A stretch of DNA of 64,000 nucleotides, taken from assembly GCA_963791045.1 (NCBI GenBank), contig CAWBQK010000017.1:1-64000 (forward strand), in the 5' to 3' direction. Below, one piece after another: positions 1 to 9,604 of this stretch (position 1 is its first letter; each line of letters begins with the position of its first letter). A model generated the notes under the pieces. That model searched no databases and was not told the DNA's origin. It saw nothing but the letters and a program-made list of their open reading frames with translations. This stretch comes from Candidatus Latescibacterota bacterium (GTDB lineage: Bacteria > Krumholzibacteriota > Krumholzibacteriia > WVZY01). A program made the position numbers and the translations under genes.

Positions 1-2
1 CG

Positions 3-404
3 AAGTCTGTCGTTGCAGTCGAAATACCTGGCCTTGTGAAACACACCAAACAAAATAACCGTATTTGCCTTTATGTTCGGTATAAGAATCGAGTATAAAC
101 GGCCCGCGTAGTAATAATCGTCATGGGGGCAGACCCCCGCTATAAATGCGGTGTCATCGGTGAGCCCGGTGGTGTCCTGGAGGAGGCGGCGGCGTTCGGC
201 GGCGGCGGCGTGCGTCTGATTGACTACCGCATCCATTTGATCCGCCGTCGTCACGAAGCCGACCACATCCATCTGGCCGCGCATGTCGCCGTCGGGCTTT
301 ATCCCGACGCCGGCGAGAAGGTCGTCGACGGTTGTGTCCCCGGCGGCCGCGACGCCGAATGACGCCAATACGGCGATCGCAATCACAACACCGACAATTC
401 TCAT
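3..404 (-). CDS. Memo/MEMO1-like (AmmeMemoRadiSam protein B-like) protein with N-terminal signal peptide; 5' part only, runs off window start
   Basis: Not in ORF track. Hand translation from ATG 404 (AAGGAG RBS upstream): MRIVGVVIAIAVLASFGVAAAGDTTVDD...AFIAGVCPHDDYYYAGRLYSILIPNIKANTVILFGVFHKARYF. PH-x2-Y-x-Y-AG followed by a hydrophobic strand ending G-x-x-H matches the Memo family. Frame is open to the window edge. Confidence 0.7.
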   Translation of the reverse strand, partial: MRIVGVVIAIAVLASFGVAAAGDTTVDDLLAGVGIKPDGDMRGQMDVVGFVTTADQMDAVVNQTHAAAAERRRLLQDTTGLTDDTAFIAGVCPHDDYYYAGRLYSILIPNIKANTVILFGVFHKARYFDCNDRL

Positions 405-541
405 TTGAAGACTCCTTTTTAAGGCCGTGTATCAACCGGCATCGAACACTTGAATTCGTGACGGATCAGGGATACTGTTGTCCGAAACACGCGAGGGCGG
501 CTGTCGCCCGGCGCTCGTTCTCGACTCGAGAAAGGATGGTC

Positions 542-3500
542 ATGTTTTCTCATTTTAGACGGATTGCGGGTATTTGGCTACTTGTTGTTATGGTCTGCGC
601 CACCATGTCGCAGGGCGCCTGGGCGGACGAAGAGGATGAACAATCGGACAAGACGACGCCGATCGAACAATGGTTGATGCTGGGACCAATCGTTACACCG
701 TTTCCCGCGTTCAACGGCGAGGGCGGGACGAAGATGTCCGCGAAGGACGTGCTCGCAGGAGATCATCTGAATATTCGAGCACTCGAGCCGGCCGCCGGGA
801 AGAGCGTTGCTGTATTCGACGCCGGTGATGTCGCGTGGCAAGAAGTCACACGCGGGGAGAAGGGCGTGTCGTTCGCGCCCAATGATAAGCTGCCCAGCGT
901 CGTGTACCTGGCCGCATATATCAAAGTTCCGCGATGGAGCAAGGTGGAATTCAAAGGACTTTCCACGCATCCGTTCGAAATGTTTGTCGATGGGACCTCT
1001 CTTTTTAAACAAACCAAAAATGGGAAGTTGGACGCGGCCGATGAAGCAAAGAAGGGGACGGCAAAGCTCGAGAAGGGCAAGCATGTCATCGTTGTCAAGG
1101 CCGTCCACGTGCCGGGCGATACGTTGACCGACTGGGGCGTCGATATTCGTATTGAGCCGTCCGATGCGCCGGACCTGGCGCCGGCGCTCAGTGGAACTCC
1201 TAAACGGGCGATGAACATCAACGATGTTCTCGACGCACCCAGTGTGGGGGCGATTCAGATGTCCCCCGATGGAATGTATGTATCGCTTGCGCTGTCAAAG
1301 CGGATTCCACCAGAAGGTGGGACGGAGTCGTGGCGCGAGATTCGGAGGGTCAAGGACGCCACTCTCGTACAGACCTTGACGGACATGTCCGATGCTTCGA
1401 ACTGGCAATGGGCTCCGGTGGGGCACCGGTTGTCCTTTGTCAGCACGAAGGACGAAATGGCGACTCTGCGTGTGATCGATCTCGATGCCGGGACGACGGA
1501 AAACATCATCGAGGGCGTAAAAGATTTTTCCGGGTACGATTGGGCGCCGGATGGATCGTTTATCGCCTACTCGGTGAACGTGGAGCCGAAGGAAAACAAG
1601 ACGGGAGTCAAACGCCTTGTCGGGGTTTACGACAGACGGAGGGGCGCGGGGGACAAGTCCTCGCTCTATATCGCGTCGGTCCCGCGCGGTTTCGTCCGCA
1701 AGATGACCGCGGGTGAGCACGGCAGTTATGTCTATGATATTCACCCAGACGGAAAGTCGCTCCTGCTCGGTCGCAACTTCGAAGACCTCTCCGACCGGCC
1801 GTATAGCCGGACGGAATTGTACCTGCTGAATATCGACGACCAGAGTACGGAGTTGTTGTGGAGTGGCGGCTGGTTGGGCAGTGTGCGGTGGTCTCCGGAC
1901 GGCAAGAAGATTCTCGCGACCGGCGGCCCATCCGCATTCGGCAAGGTCGGAGAGGATGTCCCCGAGGGCACAATTCCCAACAGCTACGATACGCAGGCCT
2001 ATATTTTCGATCCGGAAACACGGAAAGCGGAGCCGATCACAAAGGATTTCGATCCTGCCGTCGTGTCAGCCTATTGGCCCGAGGACAATTACATTTACAT
2101 CGCGGCGGAAGAAACAGAATTCGTCAGGTTCTACCGTTACGACATTAAGAAGAAGGAATACAAAAAGGTAGATTTGGATTGTGACGTGATTCGCCGGCGT
2201 GGTGTCGCTGCCGATAAGTCGGTTGCGGTGGTGTCGGGCTCCGGCGCGAGTCAGCCGGAAAAAGTATTCTGGGTGGATCTCAAGAACGGAAAGACTCGCC
2301 TCTTTCTCGATTACACGGCGGAACGGTTTGATGACGTCACGCTTGGACTCGTGGAGGATTGGAATTTCACGACCGCGAGTGGCGATGAGATAGTTGGCCG
2401 AATCCACTACCCGCCGGATTTTGACGCCTCGAAGACCTGGCCGTGCGTTGTCTACTATTACGGTGGAACCTCTCCGGTGAACAGGAGTTTTGGCGGCCGC
2501 TACCCCAAAAACCTCTGGGCCGCAAACGGCTATGTCGTGTATGTGCTCCAACCGAGCGGGGCGACGGGGTTTGGGCAGGAGTTTTCGGCGCGACACGTTA
2601 ACGATTGGGGCATCACGACGGCGGGCGAAATCATAGAGGGAACGCAGAAATTCCTGGAGGCGCACCCGTTTGTCGACCCGAAGCGGGTCGGTTGCATAGG
2701 GGCCTCGTACGGCGGTTTCATGACACAGCTTCTGGTTACCAAGACCGATATTTACGCGGCGGCGATATCGCACGCGGGGATCAGCTCGATCTCGAGTTAT
2801 TGGGGGGAGGGTTACTGGGGGTATGCGTATAATTCCGTTTCCGCTGCGAACAGTTTTCCGTGGAACCGTCCGGATATCTATATCGATCAAAGTCCGCTTT
2901 TCGCCGCCGACAAAATCGTCACCCCGCTTTTGCTCCTTCATGGGTCGGTGGATACGAACGTGCCGCGGGGAGAGAGCGAACAGATGTATACCGCTCTGAA
3001 ACTTCTTGGAAAAGAGGTCGAATATCTTCGCGTGGGCGGACAGAATCATTTTGTCATCGAGTACAAGAAACGCATCATGTGGTCGAACGCGATACTCTCG
3101 TGGTTCGACAAATGGCTCAAGGGTGAGCCTGAGTGGTGGGACGATACGTATCCTCCCGCGGACAAGAAAAAGCCGGAGAAGATGGGGATGAAGCGCGTCG
3201 AGCTGGAAAAACAGGGAACCGTACTGCTCGGCGAGGTGACTCGCGAGGACATCGTGGGTTCGCTGGACGGCTGGGGCGCCGAGTATCACGGATATCGTTC
3301 TGAATCCGGCGCAACCGAAGCTCTCAAGGCCGGGATGGAAGGTGTCGAATTCGTCTGTGTTCTGGGGACCTGGTGCGACGACTCGCGGCAGGTTGTGCCT
3401 CGGTTGTGGCGGATCATGGATGAGTTGTCGATTCCAGAGTCGAAAATAACCATGTATGCGGTGGGAAGTTCACGATTTACGCGGGATATGCCTATCCCGC

Positions 3501-3658
3501 CGGCCGTCTTTGACTGGTCGATTGATACAAAAAAGTGGTACGATGTCAAAGCCGTCGCGACGATCATCGTGATGCGCGAGGGCAAAGAGATCGGACGGAT
3601 TGTTGAGGCTCCGGCCGAAACACTCGAGAACGATCTCCTCAAAATTGTTGGAAAGTAA
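542..3658 (+). CDS. Secreted S9-family (prolyl oligopeptidase/acylaminoacyl) peptidase with beta-propeller and fused C-terminal thioredoxin-like domain
   Basis: Signal peptide; repeated W[AS]PDG propeller motifs; nucleophile elbow GASYGG; HGSVDTNV (Asp) and QNH (His); C-terminal VLGTWCDDSR thioredoxin-like motif. Start moved to ATG 542 (or 536) after AAAGGA. Confidence 0.9.
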   Translation: MFSHFRRIAGIWLLVVMVCATMSQGAWADEEDEQSDKTTPIEQWLMLGPIVTPFPAFNGEGGTKMSAKDVLAGDHLNIRALEPAAGKSVAVFDAGDVAWQEVTRGEKGVSFAPNDKLPSVVYLAAYIKVPRWSKVEFKGLSTHPFEMFVDGTSLFKQTKNGKLDAADEAKKGTAKLEKGKHVIVVKAVHVPGDTLTDWGVDIRIEPSDAPDLAPALSGTPKRAMNINDVLDAPSVGAIQMSPDGMYVSLALSKRIPPEGGTESWREIRRVKDATLVQTLTDMSDASNWQWAPVGHRLSFVSTKDEMATLRVIDLDAGTTENIIEGVKDFSGYDWAPDGSFIAYSVNVEPKENKTGVKRLVGVYDRRRGAGDKSSLYIASVPRGFVRKMTAGEHGSYVYDIHPDGKSLLLGRNFEDLSDRPYSRTELYLLNIDDQSTELLWSGGWLGSVRWSPDGKKILATGGPSAFGKVGEDVPEGTIPNSYDTQAYIFDPETRKAEPITKDFDPAVVSAYWPEDNYIYIAAEETEFVRFYRYDIKKKEYKKVDLDCDVIRRRGVAADKSVAVVSGSGASQPEKVFWVDLKNGKTRLFLDYTAERFDDVTLGLVEDWNFTTASGDEIVGRIHYPPDFDASKTWPCVVYYYGGTSPVNRSFGGRYPKNLWAANGYVVYVLQPSGATGFGQEFSARHVNDWGITTAGEIIEGTQKFLEAHPFVDPKRVGCIGASYGGFMTQLLVTKTDIYAAAISHAGISSISSYWGEGYWGYAYNSVSAANSFPWNRPDIYIDQSPLFAADKIVTPLLLLHGSVDTNVPRGESEQMYTALKLLGKEVEYLRVGGQNHFVIEYKKRIMWSNAILSWFDKWLKGEPEWWDDTYPPADKKKPEKMGMKRVELEKQGTVLLGEVTREDIVGSLDGWGAEYHGYRSESGATEALKAGMEGVEFVCVLGTWCDDSRQVVPRLWRIMDELSIPESKITMYAVGSSRFTRDMPIPPAVFDWSIDTKKWYDVKAVATIIVMREGKEIGRIVEAPAETLENDLLKIVGK

Positions 3659-3678
3659 CGTTTTTGCAAGGAGGGCTC

Positions 3679-3789
3679 ATGGGTAAAGGTGACCGCCGGA
3701 CAAAACGCGGCAAGCAGTGGAGAAAATCGTACGGCAAGACGCGTCTCCGCAAGAACAAGAGACTCAAGAAGAAGTTGGAAAATAAGTAG
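3679..3789 (+). CDS. thx: 30S ribosomal protein Thx (bS31 family)
   Basis: 36-aa ORF below the track cut-off: MGKGDRRTKRGKQWRKSYGKTRLRKNKRLKKKLENK. It has the Thx N-terminal signature MGKGDxxTxRGK...YGK and a strong AAGGAGG RBS. Confidence 0.9.
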   Translation: MGKGDRRTKRGKQWRKSYGKTRLRKNKRLKKKLENK

Positions 3790-3863
3790 CCCGGTCGTTT
3801 CGCCGGCCTCAAAAATCTGTTCGGTTACTTACGCCATGATTCACCTCGGCCGAAGGAGCGTCT

Positions 3864-4757
3864 ATGTCTTTTGCCAAAAAAAGACTCTTTGTTGTCGCCG
3901 GGATTTTGTTTTTAGCGGCAGCGTGTGTCACGCCCGCGGTGGCGGAAAAGACGGGTACTACGAGCCTGTGGAAAGTGAGTTCCGGGAATACCACCATTTA
4001 CCTCCTTGGATCGATCCACCTTTTAAAACCAGAAGACTATCCGCTCAGCGACAAGATGCTGGCCGCGTACGCCGAGGCTGAAGAACTTGTGTTCGAGGTG
4101 CATCCCGACAGTCTCCAGGCGCCGGCGCTCCAGGGCTACGTCCTTCAGAATGCGATGTACGACGAGGGCAAAACACTGATGTCGGAACTCGGAGAAGCGG
4201 ATTATGAAGAAGCAAGCACTTTGGCCAAAGCGCTGGATATCGACATCGGGATGTATTCGACCTTCAGGCCGTGGTTTGTTGCGATCGCGTTGACGATGGC
4301 CGAGATGCAAAAACTCGGTTTTGATCCCGCTCTGGGTGTCGAAATGCACTTCTCGGAAATGGCAAAAACGGACGGCAAGCAGATGTCCGGTTTAGAGACG
4401 GCTAAGTTTCAGATGGAGTTGTTCGTTGGGATGTCCGAGGAAATGCAGAAAGACATGCTCTTTTATACGTTGCGGCAGATGTCCGATATCGAGGCGGAAC
4501 TCGAAAAGATACTCGACTCGTGGAAAACCGGAGACCTCAAAGGCCTCGAGGAGACATTGAACAAGAGTTTGAAGGATTTTCCCGAGATCTCCGAAAAATT
4601 GATTGTCGCAAGAAATCTGACCTGGGCCGATCAGATCGACGGGTTCATGCAAGACGGCAAAACCCGTGTCATCATTGTCGGCGTCGGGCACATGCCCGGA
4701 GAACAGGGCCTGGTAAAATTGCTCGAGGGGCGTGGATACAAAGTGGAGCAACACTAA
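3864..4757 (+). CDS. TraB/GumN family protein, secreted
   Basis: Signal peptide; LWKVS...YLLGSIHL, GLET, RN..W and VGVGH motifs. Confidence 0.88.
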   Translation: MSFAKKRLFVVAGILFLAAACVTPAVAEKTGTTSLWKVSSGNTTIYLLGSIHLLKPEDYPLSDKMLAAYAEAEELVFEVHPDSLQAPALQGYVLQNAMYDEGKTLMSELGEADYEEASTLAKALDIDIGMYSTFRPWFVAIALTMAEMQKLGFDPALGVEMHFSEMAKTDGKQMSGLETAKFQMELFVGMSEEMQKDMLFYTLRQMSDIEAELEKILDSWKTGDLKGLEETLNKSLKDFPEISEKLIVARNLTWADQIDGFMQDGKTRVIIVGVGHMPGEQGLVKLLEGRGYKVEQH

Positions 4758-4897
4758 TAAAATACAGGAAGATAGGCCGTTCACTTACAGTGATGTTCTA
4801 AGGATTTACGCTGAGAATGGGAATGAACTCGCCGATATTTACTGGGTGGACGCCGTAATCCTTGAGACACTCAAGCCGAGCGAAAACCACTGACGGT

Positions 4898-6334
4898 ATG
4901 CACTACAAATACTCCAGCCTTTTTTGGGTCGTTTTGATTCCCGCCATTATTTGCTTTGTGGCGTCGTGCTCGAATATCCCGTACGTCGTCGGAGAGAGTC
5001 CGGCGCTTCCCTTTGAAGCGGCCAATCTCACGCCTTTTGATGCCTCGAGCCCATTCGATCTTACCGTGCTCGGCGGCAAGTTGTATTTTCGCGGCCATGG
5101 ACTGGGCGGTGTCGAATTGTGGGAAAGCGACGGGACGGACATTGGCTCGCGCGAGTTTATGGACATTAACCCGTTCGGGAGTTCGAATCCTGGGGCGCTA
5201 ACGGTCATGGGGGACGCGATCTACTTTGCGGCGGATGACGGTATTCACGGAAGAGAACTGTGGCGGTGCGATGGAACTCAGAACGGCACGAATATGATTG
5301 CGGACGTGTTTTCGGGACCGGCTGGGTCCGGGCCGTTCGATCTGGTCGCGGCGGGAGGAATTCTTTTCTTCAGCGCCACGGACGGAAACAGTGGGGTCGA
5401 ACTTTGGAAGACCGACGGCACAGCCGCCGGTACCATGATGGTCCGGGACATCAACAGCGGACTTCGCGATTCGAGCCCGGATTTCAAGTGCGCCGCGAAC
5501 AAGTATTTGTTGTTTGCCGCGGATGACGGCGTGAGCGGCATTGAATTATGGCGCTCCGACGGAACTTCCGCAGGTACCGTTCTCGCCAGGGACATTCTCC
5601 CCGGCGGAAGTTCTTTTCCCCAGGGAATCGTAAAGGTTGGGGGGAGGGCTATTTTTACGGCGGACGGACCGCTGGCCGGGCGGGAACTGTGGGTGAGCGA
5701 CGGGACGGAGCACGGAACACAAATGGTGGCGGATATACGGATGGGACCGCAAGGATCGAACCCCGATCAGCTGTTTACCACGGGCCGGCAAGTTTTGTTT
5801 GGGGCCGACGACGGTTTCAGCGGTAAGGAACTTTGGCGGAGCGACGGCACGGAAGAGGGGACCCAAATCGTCAGGGATATAAACCCCGGCCCCGACGGTT
5901 CCGATCCCTCCGACTTTGGAGAAGGCAAAGACGCGGTGTTCTTCACGGCGTACGAGGAATTGACCGGGAGGGAACTCTGGTCGATAGATGAGAATGGAGG
6001 GGAGACCGGGCTGGTGATGGATATCAACCCCGGCGCGTTCGACGCGTTTCCACGCCCGACGAAAAAGAAGTATTGGGCGCCCGGTTTCAGAAGGGTTCGC
6101 GGAAGAGCGTATTTTCCCGCGAATGACGGAGCGAGGGGCACGGAGCTTTGGGTGAGCGATGGCTCCGCCCAGGGGACCGCCCTTGCGATAGAAATAAATC
6201 CGTTTGGGGACGCAATGGAATTCGGCGGATTTACCCGCGGTGGGTGGGGAATTGTCGCCGTCGGCGATGCGTTGTATTTCAAGGCATCGGAAGGTTCGCG
6301 CGGCGGTTCGCTGTGGACGGTGAACCTGCGTTAG
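4898..6334 (+). CDS. ELWxxDGT-repeat beta-propeller protein, probable lipoprotein
   Basis: About 8 copies of ELW-x-x-DG[TS]; lipobox-like VASC. Start taken at ATG 4898. Confidence 0.88.
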   Translation: MHYKYSSLFWVVLIPAIICFVASCSNIPYVVGESPALPFEAANLTPFDASSPFDLTVLGGKLYFRGHGLGGVELWESDGTDIGSREFMDINPFGSSNPGALTVMGDAIYFAADDGIHGRELWRCDGTQNGTNMIADVFSGPAGSGPFDLVAAGGILFFSATDGNSGVELWKTDGTAAGTMMVRDINSGLRDSSPDFKCAANKYLLFAADDGVSGIELWRSDGTSAGTVLARDILPGGSSFPQGIVKVGGRAIFTADGPLAGRELWVSDGTEHGTQMVADIRMGPQGSNPDQLFTTGRQVLFGADDGFSGKELWRSDGTEEGTQIVRDINPGPDGSDPSDFGEGKDAVFFTAYEELTGRELWSIDENGGETGLVMDINPGAFDAFPRPTKKKYWAPGFRRVRGRAYFPANDGARGTELWVSDGSAQGTALAIEINPFGDAMEFGGFTRGGWGIVAVGDALYFKASEGSRGGSLWTVNLR

Positions 6335-6335
6335 G

Positions 6336-7559
6336 ATGTCAATGAGGCTGTTCAAGGTTCATCAACAACTGGTTTCGAATCCAATCGACAATATTCGTGA
6401 GGTGGTTCGCGGGCAGCTCGACGGACTCGCGATCGAAGTTCCCCGGGGACCGGTCGCGGTGACCGCGGGGAGCCGGGGCATCCGGAACATTGTCACGATC
6501 ACGAGGGCCGCGGGCGAGTGGCTGCGCGAGCGTGGAGCGGAACCGTTTCTCGTTCCCTGTATGGGGTCGCATAACGGGGCGACTGCCGAAGGGCAGAGAG
6601 AGATGGTGGAGTCGCTGGGTTTGGGGGAGGACGCGGTGGGGATGGAAATCCGCTCGAGCATGGATGTGGTCACGATCGGCTCTGTCGCAATGGGCGATGT
6701 TTTCATGGACCGCCACTGTGCCGATGCCGCGGGTGTGCTGGTTCTGAACCGGATCAAGCTCCACACATGTTTCTCGGGACCCGTGCAAAGCGGGCTGATG
6801 AAGATGATGGTTGTCGGGATGGGGAAGATTAACTCCGCGGAGACATTTCATAGAACGCCAACTCACGAAATGAAAAACATGATTGTCGAGATGGGACGCG
6901 CCATTCTCGACTCGGGCAAGATTCTCGCGGGGTTGGCGATTCTCGAAGACGGATTCGACGCCACCGCTGAGATACACGGGGTTCTTCCCGGGGACATCCC
7001 GGAGGTGGAACCGGTTCTTGTCGAGCGACATCGTGGTTATTTTCCTCGTCTTCCAGTCGACGATCTCAATGTCCTCGTCGTCGAATCGATTGGAAAAACC
7101 TGGAGCGGCACCGGCATGGATACGAACGTGATCGGGCGCCGGGGGATCAAAGGGTTTGAAGATGTCGAAAAACCCGACGTGAGGGTGATCGCGGCGCTTT
7201 CTCTCTCCCGTGAATCGCGGGGCAACGCGATTGGCGTCGGGCTCGCCGACTTCATCACGCGGCGGCTCAGGGACGCCATCGACGAACAAAAAACATTCGT
7301 GAATGTTTTTACGACGGGTGATATGGAAAGGGCAAAGATCCCCGCGACATTGAGCGACGATGAAGAGCTCGTGGGGCGAATACGCGAACGTTTTGGCGAC
7401 GCTCGATGGATGTTTATCCCGAACACGCTTCATCTCGGCGAATTGTATGTGACGGAAGATATCCGCAACGAACTCGAAGCGCATCCGCACTGCGACGTCG
7501 ATTCAACTCCGGTTAACCTCTCGTTCGAGGGAGGAAAGCTCGGGCTTGATTTCTCTTAA
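6336..7559 (+). CDS. Lactate racemase (LarA)-like N-terminal domain / DUF362-type protein
   Basis: VAVTAGSRGI, PCMGSHNGATAEGQ, NRIKLHT and GKTWSGTGMDTNVIGR motifs typical of this family. Confidence 0.7.
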   Translation: MSMRLFKVHQQLVSNPIDNIREVVRGQLDGLAIEVPRGPVAVTAGSRGIRNIVTITRAAGEWLRERGAEPFLVPCMGSHNGATAEGQREMVESLGLGEDAVGMEIRSSMDVVTIGSVAMGDVFMDRHCADAAGVLVLNRIKLHTCFSGPVQSGLMKMMVVGMGKINSAETFHRTPTHEMKNMIVEMGRAILDSGKILAGLAILEDGFDATAEIHGVLPGDIPEVEPVLVERHRGYFPRLPVDDLNVLVVESIGKTWSGTGMDTNVIGRRGIKGFEDVEKPDVRVIAALSLSRESRGNAIGVGLADFITRRLRDAIDEQKTFVNVFTTGDMERAKIPATLSDDEELVGRIRERFGDARWMFIPNTLHLGELYVTEDIRNELEAHPHCDVDSTPVNLSFEGGKLGLDFS

Positions 7560-7609
7560 GAATGAATGCCGGAAAAGTGGCGAGGCTTCTGGGGGCGACC
7601 GAAAATCAA

Positions 7610-8680
7610 TCAGCTGTGCAGCTCCACGATGTCGCCGTCGCGTACCACATGATCTTTACCGACCTGCTGGCCGTCGAACTTGGCGCTTCCCCATATCTTG
7701 GCATACTTGAGAGTGACGGCAAGCTCCCTGTGTACCAAACGAGCCACGTCCTTGACCGAGTCCCCCTGAAACACCGTAAACGGACGTGTGTGGTCCGGGG
7801 GATGCCCCGGGATCTTTGTGTACACGCGAACGATCCCAAGCCCGTCGAACAATGCCCGGCCAATTTTCTCAACCCCGTGACCTGTGGATACCGAAATGGA
7901 CAGGGCGGGGAAGCGGACACCGATGAGTTCCTCGAGTATCCCTATCTCTTCGGAATCCCAACTTAGATCGCTCTTGGCGGCGAGAAGCAGTGTTGGGATA
8001 TAAAGCCTGAACGGATCGGCTTCGTCGTCATCCTTTTCATCATCTGCTTCATCCGCAGCGGGTACGGACTCCGGTTCGGCGTCGAGTTCCACGTGGGCAA
8101 AACTGCCCGGCCACGCCGGGACCAGCGAGATTCGCTTCGCTTCGAGTTTCTCTTTAATGGCAGCGACATTCTCCACGCATCCCGCCGCACTTAAATCGAC
8201 AACGAGAAGCGCCGCGTGCGCGGGCTGCAATGCGTTTGGCATCCAGGTTTCCATATATTCGGCGGATATCGGCGGAAGGTCGACAAGTTGGAACGGCACA
8301 TCGTCAAAGACGAACATACCCGGCTGGGGAACGTTTGTCGTGTGCGGGTAGGGACCGATTTCAGCGTGGGATCCGGTGAGATGATCGTGAAGAGTTGACT
8401 TGCCCGAGTTCGGTGGCCCGAGGATCGCGACCTGGGCCGCACCGTCTGGAGGGACCGTGTGTGCCGGGCCTGTTCGAGCGCCGCCCTTTTTCGGGCCGGT
8501 GAGATCGTCGGTAAGCTGTTTGATCCGGGTCTTGATCTCCGCCTGAAGATGATCGGTTCCCTTGTGTTTGGGAACAGTCTTCAGCATCTCTTTCAGACAG
8601 CTTAGACGCTCATCGGGTTCACGCGCCCTGCGGAAGGCCTCTTTCGCCTTCTTGAATTCGGGTGTGACGTTTGTCGGCAT
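7610..8680 (-). CDS. DRG/OBG-class GTPase with C-terminal TGS domain
   Basis: PKHKGT N-terminal motif; G1 GPPNSGKS; G2 YPHTT; G4 AKSD; TGS tail WGSAKFDGQQVGKDHVVRDGDIVE. Confidence 0.85.
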   Translation of the reverse strand: MPTNVTPEFKKAKEAFRRAREPDERLSCLKEMLKTVPKHKGTDHLQAEIKTRIKQLTDDLTGPKKGGARTGPAHTVPPDGAAQVAILGPPNSGKSTLHDHLTGSHAEIGPYPHTTNVPQPGMFVFDDVPFQLVDLPPISAEYMETWMPNALQPAHAALLVVDLSAAGCVENVAAIKEKLEAKRISLVPAWPGSFAHVELDAEPESVPAADEADDEKDDDEADPFRLYIPTLLLAAKSDLSWDSEEIGILEELIGVRFPALSISVSTGHGVEKIGRALFDGLGIVRVYTKIPGHPPDHTRPFTVFQGDSVKDVARLVHRELAVTLKYAKIWGSAKFDGQQVGKDHVVRDGDIVELHS

Positions 8681-8869
8681 CGCAAAACCTCGTCGACGGC
8701 GGCCGGTGATCCCGCGGCGGGCATGAATTCGGTCGCTGGAAATTCAACCCTTCTTTTGTTCAGGCTCATAATACCACAAGTGCAGGCTCGTGCAATACGG
8801 GTTGATGCGCGTGAGATGTTTTGATTACGGGCGCTTATTTCCATGGCATAATGTGGTATAACTGTTCCC

Positions 8870-9595
8870 ATGGTATTTGGAAGCGAATTCGCCGCTGTCT
8901 ATCAGAAGCAATGGGACGTCTGGGTCCCCAGGGTATGGCCGTTCATTAAAAAGACGGTCGGGCGCCCCGGAAACCCGCCCCGCGCGTGGCTCGACCTGTG
9001 TTGCGGGACTGGTTCGCTCCTCGCGTTGGCCCACGGGGCACGGTTTGAGATGACCGGTGTCGATGTGTCGGCTCCGATGTTGGCGATCGCACGGAAAAAT
9101 GCGCCGGAGGCAAGGATAGTCCACTCGGACATCCGCGAGTTGTCGCTAAAGCTCAGGTACGATGTCATTACCTGTGTGTTCGACAGTCTCAACTATCTGG
9201 TCACGATTCGAGATATCGCACGAGTATTCAAACGCGTTGAGGATCATCTTGGAGACGGGGGTGTGTTCATTTTCGATGTGAACACTTACTCTGGGCTCCA
9301 GGAGCAATGGCATGAGACCACGGTGATCCGCGACGATGATTTCACCGTAATCGCTCAAACATCGTTTGAGCCGCGGACCGCGTTGGGACGCTGTTTGTTT
9401 ACCGGTTTTGTGCGCAGCGGCCGCGCGTTTAAAAAGTTCGAAGAGGAACACGTCGAACGCGGATACAAACCATTTGAAATCGAACAGCTGCTTTTGAAAC
9501 GCGGGTTTGATTACAAAAAATATGATGGGTATACTCTTGGCAGGGCGAAAGACAGCTCATCGAGGTTGTTGTATGTGTGCACGATGGATAGTTGA
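8870..9595 (+). CDS. Class I SAM-dependent methyltransferase
   Basis: LDLCCGTG motif I; GVDVSAPML; DSLNYL. Confidence 0.88.
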   Translation: MVFGSEFAAVYQKQWDVWVPRVWPFIKKTVGRPGNPPRAWLDLCCGTGSLLALAHGARFEMTGVDVSAPMLAIARKNAPEARIVHSDIRELSLKLRYDVITCVFDSLNYLVTIRDIARVFKRVEDHLGDGGVFIFDVNTYSGLQEQWHETTVIRDDDFTVIAQTSFEPRTALGRCLFTGFVRSGRAFKKFEEEHVERGYKPFEIEQLLLKRGFDYKKYDGYTLGRAKDSSSRLLYVCTMDS

Positions 9596-9604
9596 GGCGT
9601 TAAC

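Noticed and set aside
2066-3289. Long antisense ORFs (also 6339-7490, 12597-14132, 33254-34225, 36353-37096)
   Set aside because: They are shadows of well-supported genes on the opposite strand, show no recognisable motifs, and are expected in GC-rich coding DNA.
5100-6330. Periodic nucleotide repeats (GAACTxTGG...GACGG) that might suggest a CRISPR or repeat array
   Set aside because: They are degenerate, in-frame ELWxxDGT protein repeats; there are no identical repeats with unique spacers and no cas genes.
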